Assembly: GCA_964383565.1 (NCBI GenBank)
Contig: CAYLIK010000001.1
Coordinates: 1,019 to 65,018 of the forward strand
DNA from: an uncultured Sphingomonadaceae bacterium
Lineage (GTDB): Bacteria; Pseudomonadota; Alphaproteobacteria; Sphingomonadales; Sphingomonadaceae
Length of the DNA stretch: 64,000 bases
Reading direction: 5' to 3'
Shown here: piece by piece, positions 46,137 to 55,571 of the stretch
Numbering within the stretch: position 1 is the first letter of the stretch
Layout of the letters: every line of letters begins with the position of its first letter
Program-made: the position numbers and the translations under genes
Notes under the pieces: generated by a model
Told to the model about the DNA's origin: nothing
Database searches by the model: none
Seen by the model: only the letters and a program-made list of their open reading frames with translations

Positions 46137-47881
46137 GCAACGCCATCCTTCGCCGCGTTGGCTCCGGCCATGAAGCCGAAGGTCAGCGCCGGCCCGATCG
46201 TGCCGCCAGCACCCAGATAGGCGGTGTGGGTTGGCGCCGCGATACAGTTGCCTGCGCCGTAAAGGCCGGGGATCGGCTTGTCGCCGCGGCCAAGCACCTG
46301 CGCACGTTCGTTGATCGCCGGGCCACCGCTGGTATCCAGCGCGCCGGGCGCGAGGATGAAGGCGTAATATGGCCCCTTCGCCGCGAACGGATGCATGGTG
46401 ATGTTGGGGTTGGGATTGACTGACTGCTTGGTCCCCTCCCGCCGCGCCGAGAAGAGCAGATGCCACTCGCGATCGTATAGATGCTGGCCGCGATCATATT
46501 CGGGATCCTTGCCCGCCTTGGCATAGCCATTGAAGCGCGTGATCGACGCCTTCGCGTTGGCCGCGAACTCGGGCGCAAGCGCAACGCCACCCGTGCGAGC
46601 CTTAACCGTCTCCAACCGCGCGGTGATGCCGGCAAACACCTCGTCCCAGGTCTTGCCCTCGATCAGATGGGGCTGCTCGCCCTTGTTGGCCGGGAAGGTG
46701 AAAGCGCCGCCGAACGCATCGATCGAACGATCGTCGAACAGCATGAACATCAAATGGTTGGGATATTCCTCGCGCGATGGATCATAAGGGAAGTGCGCCA
46801 TCGTCCGGTCGTTGTAATCGCGCTTCTCGTTGACGCAGCGATTGCCATATTTGTTGACGACAATCATCGAATCCCCTGGCAACACGAACGCGCCGAGACC
46901 GATCGCGCGGTTCTGAAGCGCTTCTTCAAGCAGCACCTGCGTGCGCCATGCCGTGCCGAGCGGACCCATGGTGGCACCGACTTCCTGCGCCATCTCGATG
47001 AAGTCGCCAGTCGATCCCGGCATCGCGCAGGCGCCGTAAAGCGCGATCTGATGCTTCTGGACGAGATCGACATTATGCGCGTAACCGCCGCTGCCGAACA
47101 CCACGCCCCGGGCGGCACGAATCCGGATCGGCTTTTCCTCCTTGGTCGCCTCGACGCCGATCACGCGGCCATTTTCCATCAGGATGCGGGTGACCTGGGT
47201 GTCGGTGAACACCGGCACGTTCTTTTTCTGAAGATAGTCGGCAAGCTGCGCCGCGAGGCTGCCGCCACCCTGCGACGAGCCTGCGCCTGCCGCTGGCTCC
47301 AGCGTCCGGCGGGTCGGCGTCTTGTTCTCGGGAAGATGATCGGCATAGTCCGGCGCATCCCTGTCCAGGTTGAACAGCCGGAACTCCTTGAACCTGGTCG
47401 CGCCCAGTTCCTGCAGCCGATCGATCGTCTTCGATCCATTGTCGTAAAAGGCTTCGAGGATGCGGTAATTGCGCTCGGTCAGGCCCAGCGTCGGGCTCTG
47501 CGGATCATATTGAAGCGGATAGCCGTAACGGGCCATGTAGCGCAAAGCATCGTCCTTGCGGTCATTGATCCCGGCCTGCCGAAGAAGGAAGTGGTTGGGA
47601 ATCCAGGTGACCCCGCCGGACTTGCCGGTGGTGCCGCCGAGTATCGGCATCTTCTCGACCACCATCACCTTCGCCCCGGCGTCAAGCGCCGCGACGGCAG
47701 CGGAACAGGCGGCGGCGCCGCTGCCTACGCACAGCACATCGGTCTCATAATCCCACTTCGGAGCGGCCGCTCCGGCCGCCTTGGTTTTCGCCGCCATGAC
47801 GGGCACCGCAACCGCAGCCGCCATCACCCCCGCCCCAGCCAATATGGCCCGGCGTCCGATCTTCCGTTCTGTCATGGTCAT
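46133..47881 (-). CDS. Tat-exported FAD-dependent oxidoreductase (FAD_binding_2, KstD/fumarate-reductase-flavoprotein-like)
   Basis: Trimmed to MTMTERKIGRRAILAGAGVMAAAVAVPVMA (twin-arginine signal). FAD motifs VLCVGSGAAACSAA...GGTTGKSGG and C-terminal GLYGAGNC. Confidence 0.75.
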   Translation of the reverse strand: MTMTERKIGRRAILAGAGVMAAAVAVPVMAAKTKAAGAAAPKWDYETDVLCVGSGAAACSAAVAALDAGAKVMVVEKMPILGGTTGKSGGVTWIPNHFLLRQAGINDRKDDALRYMARYGYPLQYDPQSPTLGLTERNYRILEAFYDNGSKTIDRLQELGATRFKEFRLFNLDRDAPDYADHLPENKTPTRRTLEPAAGAGSSQGGGSLAAQLADYLQKKNVPVFTDTQVTRILMENGRVIGVEATKEEKPIRIRAARGVVFGSGGYAHNVDLVQKHQIALYGACAMPGSTGDFIEMAQEVGATMGPLGTAWRTQVLLEEALQNRAIGLGAFVLPGDSMIVVNKYGNRCVNEKRDYNDRTMAHFPYDPSREEYPNHLMFMLFDDRSIDAFGGAFTFPANKGEQPHLIEGKTWDEVFAGITARLETVKARTGGVALAPEFAANAKASITRFNGYAKAGKDPEYDRGQHLYDREWHLLFSARREGTKQSVNPNPNITMHPFAAKGPYYAFILAPGALDTSGGPAINERAQVLGRGDKPIPGLYGAGNCIAAPTHTAYLGAGGTIGPALTFGFMAGANAAKDGVA

Positions 47882-47885
47882 CCTC

Positions 47886-48425
47886 TCAGGCAGGAAATCC
47901 GAGGCGAATGGGATCTGTCTTTCCGTCCCAATTTTCCGCCCCGGCAGCAACGCGATTGAAAAACTCCGTCTGGAAATCATTATGTTCGATCAGCTCGACC
48001 ATGCAGCCAATGTCCGCGCTCGTATCGAAATAGGAGAAGCGCATCGTACCGAAGAGCCCGTCGATCGCCGCGACATAGCCCTGCTCCGCATACCAGGCGA
48101 AGGCCGCGTCATAGTCGCCGGTGTAGAGTCCGAGATGGTGGAACCCGCTCTGCCCTTCGGCGATCAGGTCACGATAGGCCGAGGGCCGGTCACAATGCTG
48201 CTGGATCAGCTCGATCTGGACGCCGCCCGCCTGCGCCATCGCGACCGAGAAATCGAGCCCCTCGCCCTTTTTGCCACGATAATTAAACTCGGCCAACTCG
48301 ATATGCGGGACGAGGAAGAAGGGACCGATACCGGTCGTCTTCACCCATTTCATGCAAGCCGCCTCGACGTCCTCAACAACATGCGCGACCTGCATCACGC
48401 TGCGCTCCGGGCGCGGTGCGGCCAT
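47886..48425 (-). CDS. VOC family protein
   Basis: 179 aa. Paralog of 29568..30110. Its start shares one nt with the Rieske stop (TGATG). Confidence 0.65.
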   Translation of the reverse strand: MAAPRPERSVMQVAHVVEDVEAACMKWVKTTGIGPFFLVPHIELAEFNYRGKKGEGLDFSVAMAQAGGVQIELIQQHCDRPSAYRDLIAEGQSGFHHLGLYTGDYDAAFAWYAEQGYVAAIDGLFGTMRFSYFDTSADIGCMVELIEHNDFQTEFFNRVAAGAENWDGKTDPIRLGFPA

Positions 48426-49747
48426 CAGATACGGCCGTGCGCGTAATCGTCGAGCAACTCGTGGAAGCGCTGGATGCGCTTTTCCTGATAGGTCAGGAAT
48501 GAGCCCTTGAACCCGCGCGAATTGAGCCCCTGCTGCTGGCTGGTGCCGATGCTGAGATCCTGATCCGCGACGAAGCCCAGCGACGTGCCGTCGCCATAGA
48601 CAGAATGCTCATGCTCCGCCCATTTGAGCGGACGCGGGCCGACCGGCGTCTCGATGTCCTTCATGCCCGCAACCGGCGGCACCAGAACCCAATGCTGGAA
48701 CACGCATTTCTCGGGATCGGTCGGGTGCGGCTCAGTGCGCAGGATCTGGCACTGCTCGGGCGACATGGTGATCGTCAGGTTGGGAAACAGCGTGCAGTGG
48801 AAATAATCGACCAGCTGCTGATCGGTCATGTCCGGATAATTTTTGTAACCCCGCTCCGGCCCCAGCCGGCGCTTCGCCTCGATGATCGCCGCCCGAATCT
48901 CGCCGGTGCGGCCCCTATAGTCCGCCGGATCGATGCCCCATGCCCGCGCGACATCGGCAAGCGGCCCCGGCACATCACCGATCTGGAAACTTTCGTTGCG
49001 GGTGGTGGCCTGATGGCCCTTCATCCACATGCTGTTGTGGCCGCTGTCGTACATTGCGAACAGCGTGTCGGGCAGACCGTCGTTGATGAACATCGACAGT
49101 TCCGGATGGATCGTCGGAAGATGATAGCTCTCGTTGAAATTGTCGCGGATGATCTTCCAGTTGAACTCGCAATCGGCCGACATGTAGAGAACGCGCACCC
49201 AGTCCTCGAGCCCGTAATTCTTGAGCATCTCGGGGAACGGATCGAGCCACTCCTTCAATGGCTTGGTCTCGGGGTCCATCGCGTAGAAGATGAACGGCCC
49301 CCAGGTGTCGCACTGGATCTCGCTCAGCGTCACCTTGCCACACGGATTGCCGCCGGGGAAATCATCCGGGTCCTGCACATGCGCGAGCACGCCGTCGGGC
49401 GTGAACTGCCAGCCATGATAACCGCAGGTGATCCGCTCACTGCCGCCGACATCGCCGACAATCAGCCGGTTCCCGCGATGCGGGCATGCGTTGAAGAACG
49501 CCTTGATCGATCCATCGGCCTGCTTGACCATGATGACCGATTCCTTGCCGAGATTGTGGCGGACGAAATCGCCCTCTTCCTCAAGCTCGGCGACCATCCC
49601 GCCAAGATGCCAGACGCGCGGCCAGAGATTCTTGTTCTCCAGCTCCATATAATCCTTGGAAATATAGCGCTCGGCGGTGATCGTATCGCCACGCACGGGC
49701 GGATCGAACCCTTCCGAATAGCGCGAAAGAAAGGCCTCGACGGTCAT
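48425..49747 (-). CDS. Rieske non-heme iron oxygenase alpha subunit (subfamily B)
   Basis: CPHRGNRL...CGYHGWQF and NWKIIRDNFNESYHLPTIHP. Trimmed to Met11 (MTVEAFL), whose ATG overlaps the stop of the upstream NTF2 gene (ATGA). Confidence 0.85.
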   Translation of the reverse strand: MTVEAFLSRYSEGFDPPVRGDTITAERYISKDYMELENKNLWPRVWHLGGMVAELEEEGDFVRHNLGKESVIMVKQADGSIKAFFNACPHRGNRLIVGDVGGSERITCGYHGWQFTPDGVLAHVQDPDDFPGGNPCGKVTLSEIQCDTWGPFIFYAMDPETKPLKEWLDPFPEMLKNYGLEDWVRVLYMSADCEFNWKIIRDNFNESYHLPTIHPELSMFINDGLPDTLFAMYDSGHNSMWMKGHQATTRNESFQIGDVPGPLADVARAWGIDPADYRGRTGEIRAAIIEAKRRLGPERGYKNYPDMTDQQLVDYFHCTLFPNLTITMSPEQCQILRTEPHPTDPEKCVFQHWVLVPPVAGMKDIETPVGPRPLKWAEHEHSVYGDGTSLGFVADQDLSIGTSQQQGLNSRGFKGSFLTYQEKRIQRFHELLDDYAHGRI

Positions 49748-50292
49748 GCTGCACTCCTGGGTTTTACGCTGGCCCAAAAACGGGTCTGGCTGAAGTCCTC
49801 GCCCCGCCGCGCGCCGCGCGGGATGGTGGGGTTGTCGATGTAGAAACTGCCGTCACTCGCGGGGTCGTTCCGGACCCAATCGATTATCTCGCGGCGCTTG
49901 AGAATCCGCCACTCGCCATTTCGACAGGCATATTCGTCGACGTAACGGCCAGCGATCGACAGATCCATCGGCTGATCGCCGGGGATGCGGTGATAGGCGT
50001 AGAAATAGACCTCGCCGCTTGCCTTGTCGCCCTGCACGTCGAGCTGAACCTGCCCGATGATATGCTGGCTTCCGTCCAAATCGGCGAGGAAGCCCTGCGC
50101 GAAGGCAATAAACTCCTCCGGCGTGCCCGCCATCAGCCCGCAATCGACTATAGCGTCGTCATGAAAGGCCGAACGGTGCAGGACCGGATCGAGCCGGTCC
50201 TGCGCGCGCATGTAGCGGCAGAGCGCGTCATATATATCCCGCCGGGCGGCGAGATCGCGCACCTCGGCTTCGAGATCGAAGGGCTTGCTCAT
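49744..50292 (-). CDS. NTF2-like (SnoaL_4-type) protein
   Basis: 182 aa, starting MSKPFDLEAEVRDLAARRDIYDALCRYMRAQDRLD. ATGA overlaps at both ends. Confidence 0.6.
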   Translation of the reverse strand: MSKPFDLEAEVRDLAARRDIYDALCRYMRAQDRLDPVLHRSAFHDDAIVDCGLMAGTPEEFIAFAQGFLADLDGSQHIIGQVQLDVQGDKASGEVYFYAYHRIPGDQPMDLSIAGRYVDEYACRNGEWRILKRREIIDWVRNDPASDGSFYIDNPTIPRGARRGEDFSQTRFWASVKPRSAA

Positions 50293-51035
50293 TGCATCGT
50301 CTCGCCATTGTCGATGGTGATGGTGGTGCCGGTGATGTGCCGCCCCTCGTCGCTAGCGAGATAGAGGACCATGCTGGCGATATCGCTTGGCTCGCCCATG
50401 CCGTGGTTCTGGATCTGGTCGAGGCCGGCAGCTTCCTGCGGCAGCTCGGCGAGCGCCTGCGCGGTCATCGGCGTGACGATGGCCCCCGGCGCGATAGCGT
50501 TGACCCGGATGCGGTAATTCTGCTCGCGGCAATGCACGGCGATGCTGCGCGTCATGCCGATGATCCCGGCCTTCGCGGCGGTATAGCCGGGAATGGTGCT
50601 GATCCCTTTCAGACCCGCGACCGATGACATGTTGATGATCGATCCCGAGCCGTCTTTCGACATATGCGGGATCGCTGCCCGGCAGCCGAGGAACGTGCCG
50701 TTCAGCATCACTTCGGTCTGCAAGCGGAAGTCCTCGTAAGACCCATTCTCGACCGTGCCGAACCGAACCAGCCCCGCATTGTTGACGAGTATATCGAGCC
50801 GGCCGAAACGCTTGAGCGTTTCCGCGACCACTTCATTCCACCGCGCCTCATCCCGTACGTCCTGCTGCAGAAACAGACCGTCAATTTCGGCGGCGACGCT
50901 ATTGCCTAGCGCTTCCTGCATGTCGGTGATGACGACCTTCGCGCCTTCACGCGCCAGCACGCGCGCATCCTCGGCGCCGAGCCCGGAGGCCCCGCCCGTG
51001 ATGATCGCAACCCTGCCTGCCAAACGTCCGCTCAT
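50289..51035 (-). CDS. SDR-family oxidoreductase
   Basis: Trimmed to Met54 (MSGRLAGRVAIITGGASGLGAE), with ATGA overlap on the P450 stop. Catalytic YTAAK. Confidence 0.8.
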   Translation of the reverse strand: MSGRLAGRVAIITGGASGLGAEDARVLAREGAKVVITDMQEALGNSVAAEIDGLFLQQDVRDEARWNEVVAETLKRFGRLDILVNNAGLVRFGTVENGSYEDFRLQTEVMLNGTFLGCRAAIPHMSKDGSGSIINMSSVAGLKGISTIPGYTAAKAGIIGMTRSIAVHCREQNYRIRVNAIAPGAIVTPMTAQALAELPQEAAGLDQIQNHGMGEPSDIASMVLYLASDEGRHITGTTITIDNGETMQ

Positions 51036-52237
51036 TCCGTATCCCACTTCAAACAGAGTCTGTTGATGCTGCCGACGATCCCGCCGCCGCAGCCGGTGTC
51101 GGCATCGTCCGCCACCTCGAATTCGGGGATGCGCTTCAGCCATTCCTCGATCGTGATCGCGACTTCGGCGCGCGCGAGTTCCTGACCGGGGCACATGTGC
51201 GGCCCGCTGCCGAACGCGGAATGCCGCGCCCGCTTGCGCGTGAAATCGACACGCATCGGATCGTCGTTGATCTCGTCGTCGATGCCGTGAACTACTGTCG
51301 GGATCGCGATCAGCTCGCCCGCTTTCAGCTGGACGCCGCGATAGTCCATGTCCTTGCGCACGGTGCGCGCGATGGTGACGAGGCCGAAGCGGCGGAACAG
51401 TTCGTGCGTCGCCTGTGGAATGGCGGATGGATCGGTAGCCAATGCTTTTCGCGCCTCGGGATTGCGCGCGAGAAACAGCATTGCGAAGCCGAGGAAATTC
51501 ACCACCGTATCGACGCCCGCGATCAGGATCTGGGTCGCGAGTGACAGCGCTTCCTCCTGATCCAGCGTCCGGCCATCCATGTCGGCGGTGATGATGTAGC
51601 TGATCAGATCGTCGCCGGGATCGGCGCGGCGCTCGGCGATGATCGGCGCAAGATAATCATAAAAGGCCTGCTTCGCGACGTCGAATGGCATCACAGGCTC
51701 GGGACGGGTGATGCTCTCGGCCCAGAGCTGGATCTTCGGCGCATCCGCCATCGGCAGGTTCACGATCGCCATGAAAAGACGGATCGGGAAGACGCGCGCA
51801 AAGCTGTTGGTGAAGTCGCAATGCCCTTCGTCAACAAAGCTGTCGATCAACTCGGCGGCGACGCGATGAACATTGTCGCTCATCCGCCGCACCGCCGCCG
51901 GGGCGAAGGTGGCGTTGAGGAGCAGTCGGTAAGGCCGGTGCGCGGGCGGATCGATCGTGGTCGGGATCATCCCGTGCATTTCGCCGATCGACTTGGGGAT
52001 GATGATGATCCGCGAAGAGAAACGCTCATGATCGGACTGCACCTCGGCGAGCACATCGCCCCGCATCGCGATCCAGTGCCCCTCGTTGCGCGGCGTCCAG
52101 ACGAGGTCGTCGGTCGTCGCCTGAAGGTCCGCCCAGGCGCGGTGATAATCGTCCGCCATGCCCGGCACGGCATAGATATCAACGTCGACCACGCGGGCCG
52201 CCGGCACATGCTCGGGACGGGCGACGGCGGCCTGCAC
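51032..52237 (-). CDS. cytochrome P450
   Basis: Heme-thiolate loop FGSGPHMCPGQELA, I-helix AGVDTV and ExxR (ELFRR). 401 aa. GTG start 2 nt after the upstream stop. Confidence 0.85.
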   Translation of the reverse strand: MQAAVARPEHVPAARVVDVDIYAVPGMADDYHRAWADLQATTDDLVWTPRNEGHWIAMRGDVLAEVQSDHERFSSRIIIIPKSIGEMHGMIPTTIDPPAHRPYRLLLNATFAPAAVRRMSDNVHRVAAELIDSFVDEGHCDFTNSFARVFPIRLFMAIVNLPMADAPKIQLWAESITRPEPVMPFDVAKQAFYDYLAPIIAERRADPGDDLISYIITADMDGRTLDQEEALSLATQILIAGVDTVVNFLGFAMLFLARNPEARKALATDPSAIPQATHELFRRFGLVTIARTVRKDMDYRGVQLKAGELIAIPTVVHGIDDEINDDPMRVDFTRKRARHSAFGSGPHMCPGQELARAEVAITIEEWLKRIPEFEVADDADTGCGGGIVGSINRLCLKWDTE

Positions 52238-52239
52238 GA

Positions 52240-52659
52240 TCAGCCGACCCCGATGTGCAGGACTTCGTAGCTGCGCTTCTTGAACTGCCAGCGCCCGTCC
52301 CGTTTCACATAGGTGTCGCTATACTTGCCCGTCCAGCGCTGGGTCTTGCCCTCGGCATCGGTGTTGAGCTCGCTGGTGTAGACATGGCCGGTGGCGCTAT
52401 CGCCATCGATCGCGACCGCGCCGAGCGTCTGGATGTTCACCTGAAACGGCCAGCCCGGCATCGCCGCTTCCCATGCGGCGCGGATCGCGGTGCGGCCCTC
52501 GATCTTCTCCATCCCGGGAATGGCGGGGAGCGACCAGATCGAGTCCTCCGCCCAGCAATCGCCCCAGGCATCGCCGTCATAACGGGTGACGGCGTCGCCA
52601 TAGGTGGCGACAAGCTCGTGAATGGCGAGGCGGTCCTCGACCGGGCCAGTAAATGTCAT
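52240..52659 (-). CDS. NTF2-like (SnoaL-type) protein
   Basis: Trimmed to Met27 (MTFTGPVEDRLAIHELVATYGDAVTRYD). Its ATG shares one nt with the Rieske stop (TGATG). Paralog of 18348..18758. Confidence 0.6.
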   Translation of the reverse strand: MTFTGPVEDRLAIHELVATYGDAVTRYDGDAWGDCWAEDSIWSLPAIPGMEKIEGRTAIRAAWEAAMPGWPFQVNIQTLGAVAIDGDSATGHVYTSELNTDAEGKTQRWTGKYSDTYVKRDGRWQFKKRSYEVLHIGVG

Positions 52660-53999
52660 CAGCGGCGTCCTTCCAGATAATCGTTGAGCACTTCGTGAAA
52701 ACGGCGGACGCGGCTCTCCTGTCCGGAGAGGTAGCAATCCTCATAGGCGAGCGAGTGGAAGCCCTGCTGCTGGGCCACCGCAACGCTCAGATCCTGATCG
52801 ATGAAATCGCCGAGATGATGGCCGCCCGAGCTGTCGCCAAAGTCGGTAATCTCATGCTCGGCTTCGGCAAGCGGGCGCGGGCCATAGACGGTCGGAACCT
52901 CGCTCTGTCCCTCGACCTTCGGCGCCAGATACCAGTAATCGAAGGTGCACCATTCGGGATCGTGCCCGTCCGGCTCGGTTCTGAAGAAATGCACGCCGTC
53001 CGACGTCCCGGTGATCGTCACATTAGGGAACAAAGTGTGGTGGAAATAATCGGTCAGCTCGTCATCGAGCAGCGCCTCGAAATGGCGATAGCCACGCTCC
53101 GGCCCAAGCGCGCGCTTGGCCTTCTGCAGCGCAATCCGTCCGTCACGTGCGCGCCCGGCGAAATCGGCGGGATCGAGGCCCCACTCTGTCAGCATATATT
53201 CCCAGATCGGCTCGACCTCGTTGGGATGCTGCGCGCGCAGGCTCGGCTGGCCCTGCTCGATCATCCGGTTGTGGCCGTTGGGGAACATGTCGAAGAGGGT
53301 GTTCTTGTAATCCTCGTCGATCATTTCGCGCATCTGCGGATGCACCGTCGGCAGATGATAGCTTTCGTTGAAATTGTCGGGCGAGAATTTCCAGTTGGTG
53401 TTGACCCGGACGGTCAGCCACACGACCCGCGTCAGCTTGTCCAGCTGCCGGCTCTCCATCAATTCCGGCATCGGATAGAGATAATCGCGCAGCGGCAGCG
53501 CGTTCGGATCGAACGAATACCAGACGAACCCGCCCCAGCTCTCGCAGAGCAGTTCCTTCATGTGGAGCTTGCCGCACGGATTGCCCTGCGGAAAATCGTC
53601 CGCATCCTGCGCCTCGTTCAGCACGCCATCGAGCCCGTAGCGCCAGCCATGATAGGGGCAGGTGAAGCCGTTCGGCACCCCGCCCTCGGGCGACTGGACG
53701 AGGCGATTGCCGCGATGCGCGCAGCTATTGTGGAAGGCGCGGACCGAGCCATCCTCCTGCCGCACGAGGATGACCGATTGCCGCAAGAAATTATGGGTGA
53801 CGAAGTCGCCCGCTTCCTCAAGCTGGGCTTCGCGCCCACCGACATGCCACACGCGTTTCCACATGCGGTCCCATTCACGCTGGGCGAACTCGCGGGAATA
53901 ATAGCGCTCGCCCGTGATCGGATCGCCGCGCAGCGGAATCGCGCCGCCTTCGGGCACCGTTGGGTAGGTTTTCGCTTCGGGCGGTCGGGTGTGGAGCAT
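52659..53999 (-). CDS. Rieske non-heme iron oxygenase alpha subunit (subfamily B)
   Basis: CAHRGNRL...CPYHGWRY and NWKFSPDNFNESYHLPTVHP. Trimmed to Met15 behind GGAGAGG. Confidence 0.85.
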   Translation of the reverse strand: MLHTRPPEAKTYPTVPEGGAIPLRGDPITGERYYSREFAQREWDRMWKRVWHVGGREAQLEEAGDFVTHNFLRQSVILVRQEDGSVRAFHNSCAHRGNRLVQSPEGGVPNGFTCPYHGWRYGLDGVLNEAQDADDFPQGNPCGKLHMKELLCESWGGFVWYSFDPNALPLRDYLYPMPELMESRQLDKLTRVVWLTVRVNTNWKFSPDNFNESYHLPTVHPQMREMIDEDYKNTLFDMFPNGHNRMIEQGQPSLRAQHPNEVEPIWEYMLTEWGLDPADFAGRARDGRIALQKAKRALGPERGYRHFEALLDDELTDYFHHTLFPNVTITGTSDGVHFFRTEPDGHDPEWCTFDYWYLAPKVEGQSEVPTVYGPRPLAEAEHEITDFGDSSGGHHLGDFIDQDLSVAVAQQQGFHSLAYEDCYLSGQESRVRRFHEVLNDYLEGRR

Positions 54000-54155
54000 G
54001 ACAATACCTCTCCATGTCCGGCGCCGTTTTGACGCTCGCACCGAGCTTATCGGCCTGCGCGCTGCCCTGCGCCAACTGGCACTATTCGCAGCTTTCGGAA
54101 CGCATCGTTTTTATGACAGGCGTTGGAAATAAAACCGACTCGGCCCAGGAGAGTG

Positions 54156-55571
54156 ATGATGGATATGGCCATAACCGCGCCAGCCCCCGGCGAAGCCCGC
54201 TGCCCCGGCGCCCCGAGCGTTCAGGACGTACTCGACAGCGATCCCGACAAGGCGCGCCAGCCCGCCTCCTACCGCCTCGACAGCTACCGCTTCCTCGGCG
54301 ACAAGGATATTCCGTTCGAGCGCTACACCAGCCCCGATTTCTTCAAGGCCGAGATCGATCTGATGTGGTCGCGCGTCTGGCAATGGGCCTGCCGCGAGGA
54401 GCATATCGCCGAGGCCGGCGACTATTATGTCTATGACGTCGGCCCCTATTCGCTGCTCATCACGCGCGACGAGAATGACGAGATCCACGCTTACTACAAT
54501 GCCTGCCTCCATCGCGGCACCAAGCTGAAGCCGAGCTTCACCGAAGGCTACAGCCCCAAGCTCGCCTGTCCCTTCCACGGCTGGACATGGAATTTGGAAG
54601 GCAAGCTGATCGACCTGCCCTGCGCCTGGGACTTCCCCCATGTGGACAAGGAGGAATTCAAGCTGCCCGAGGCCCGCGTCGGCGTGTGGGGCGGCTTCGT
54701 CTTCATCTGCCTCGACGATGATGCGCCGTCGCTTGAGGAGTATCTCGCGCCCCTCCCGGAACATGCTGCGCACGCAGAGTTGGCCGACCGCTACGTCTCG
54801 CTCCACGTCCAGAAGGAATTGCCCTGCAACTGGAAGGTGGCGTCGGAGGCGTTCCTTGAATCCTACCACACTCATGTCACCCATCCGCAACTCCAGAACG
54901 GCACGGGCGACATCAACACCCAGTACGATACCTTCTCCGCGCATGTGAACCGGCTGATCAGCCTCGCCGGGGTCGCCAGCCCCTACAGCGGCAATGAGGT
55001 GGCCCAGCAGACCATCCTCGACACGATGGTGCTGGGCGACCGCTCTGCGATCGGCGATGCGCTCACTATGACCGAGGGCGGATCGGCGCGCACCGTGATG
55101 GGCGATTTTTTCAAAGGCATGATCAAGGCCGGCGGCAAGGATCTCGACGATCGCTCGACCAGCGAGATCATAGACACGGTCGGCTATTTCGTGTTCCCGA
55201 ACGGCCACTTCTTCCTCGCCCCGTCCTTCCCGATCATCTACCGCTTCCGCCCGCTCGGCATGGACCCGACCAAGGCGCTGTTCGACCTGCTCCTCCTCGC
55301 GCCGCTCCCGCCGGGCGGCCGCCCCGCGCCCTACGAGGCAGTGCGGATAGGCATCGAGGACAGCTATTCGAGCGTACCGGGGGTCGATCCGTCGCTTGGC
55401 GAGATCTACGATCAGGACACGGGCAATATGGGCTGGATGCAGGAAGGCATGGGCGCGGCAAAGAAGAAGACCGCGACCTTCGCCAACTATCAGGAATCGC
55501 GCATCCGCCACATCCACCAGACCCTCGACACTTATCTCGGCCTGGAAGGCACGGAACTGGCGGCGAGCTGA
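54156..55571 (+). CDS. Rieske non-heme iron oxygenase alpha subunit (subfamily A)
   Basis: CLHRGTKL...CPFHGWTW and NWKVASEAFLESYHTHVTHP. Trimmed to the first ATG after AGGAGAG (alternatives 54159 and 54165). Confidence 0.85.
   Translation: MMDMAITAPAPGEARCPGAPSVQDVLDSDPDKARQPASYRLDSYRFLGDKDIPFERYTSPDFFKAEIDLMWSRVWQWACREEHIAEAGDYYVYDVGPYSLLITRDENDEIHAYYNACLHRGTKLKPSFTEGYSPKLACPFHGWTWNLEGKLIDLPCAWDFPHVDKEEFKLPEARVGVWGGFVFICLDDDAPSLEEYLAPLPEHAAHAELADRYVSLHVQKELPCNWKVASEAFLESYHTHVTHPQLQNGTGDINTQYDTFSAHVNRLISLAGVASPYSGNEVAQQTILDTMVLGDRSAIGDALTMTEGGSARTVMGDFFKGMIKAGGKDLDDRSTSEIIDTVGYFVFPNGHFFLAPSFPIIYRFRPLGMDPTKALFDLLLLAPLPPGGRPAPYEAVRIGIEDSYSSVPGVDPSLGEIYDQDTGNMGWMQEGMGAAKKKTATFANYQESRIRHIHQTLDTYLGLEGTELAAS

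Noticed and set aside
54077-54092. TGGCAC-TATTC-GCAG, resembling a sigma-54 -24/-12 promoter in the divergent Rieske/Rieske region.
   Set aside because: The GC of the putative -12 element sits 2 nt too close to the GG of the -24 element, and the TTGC consensus is missing. No enhancer-binding-protein gene is nearby.
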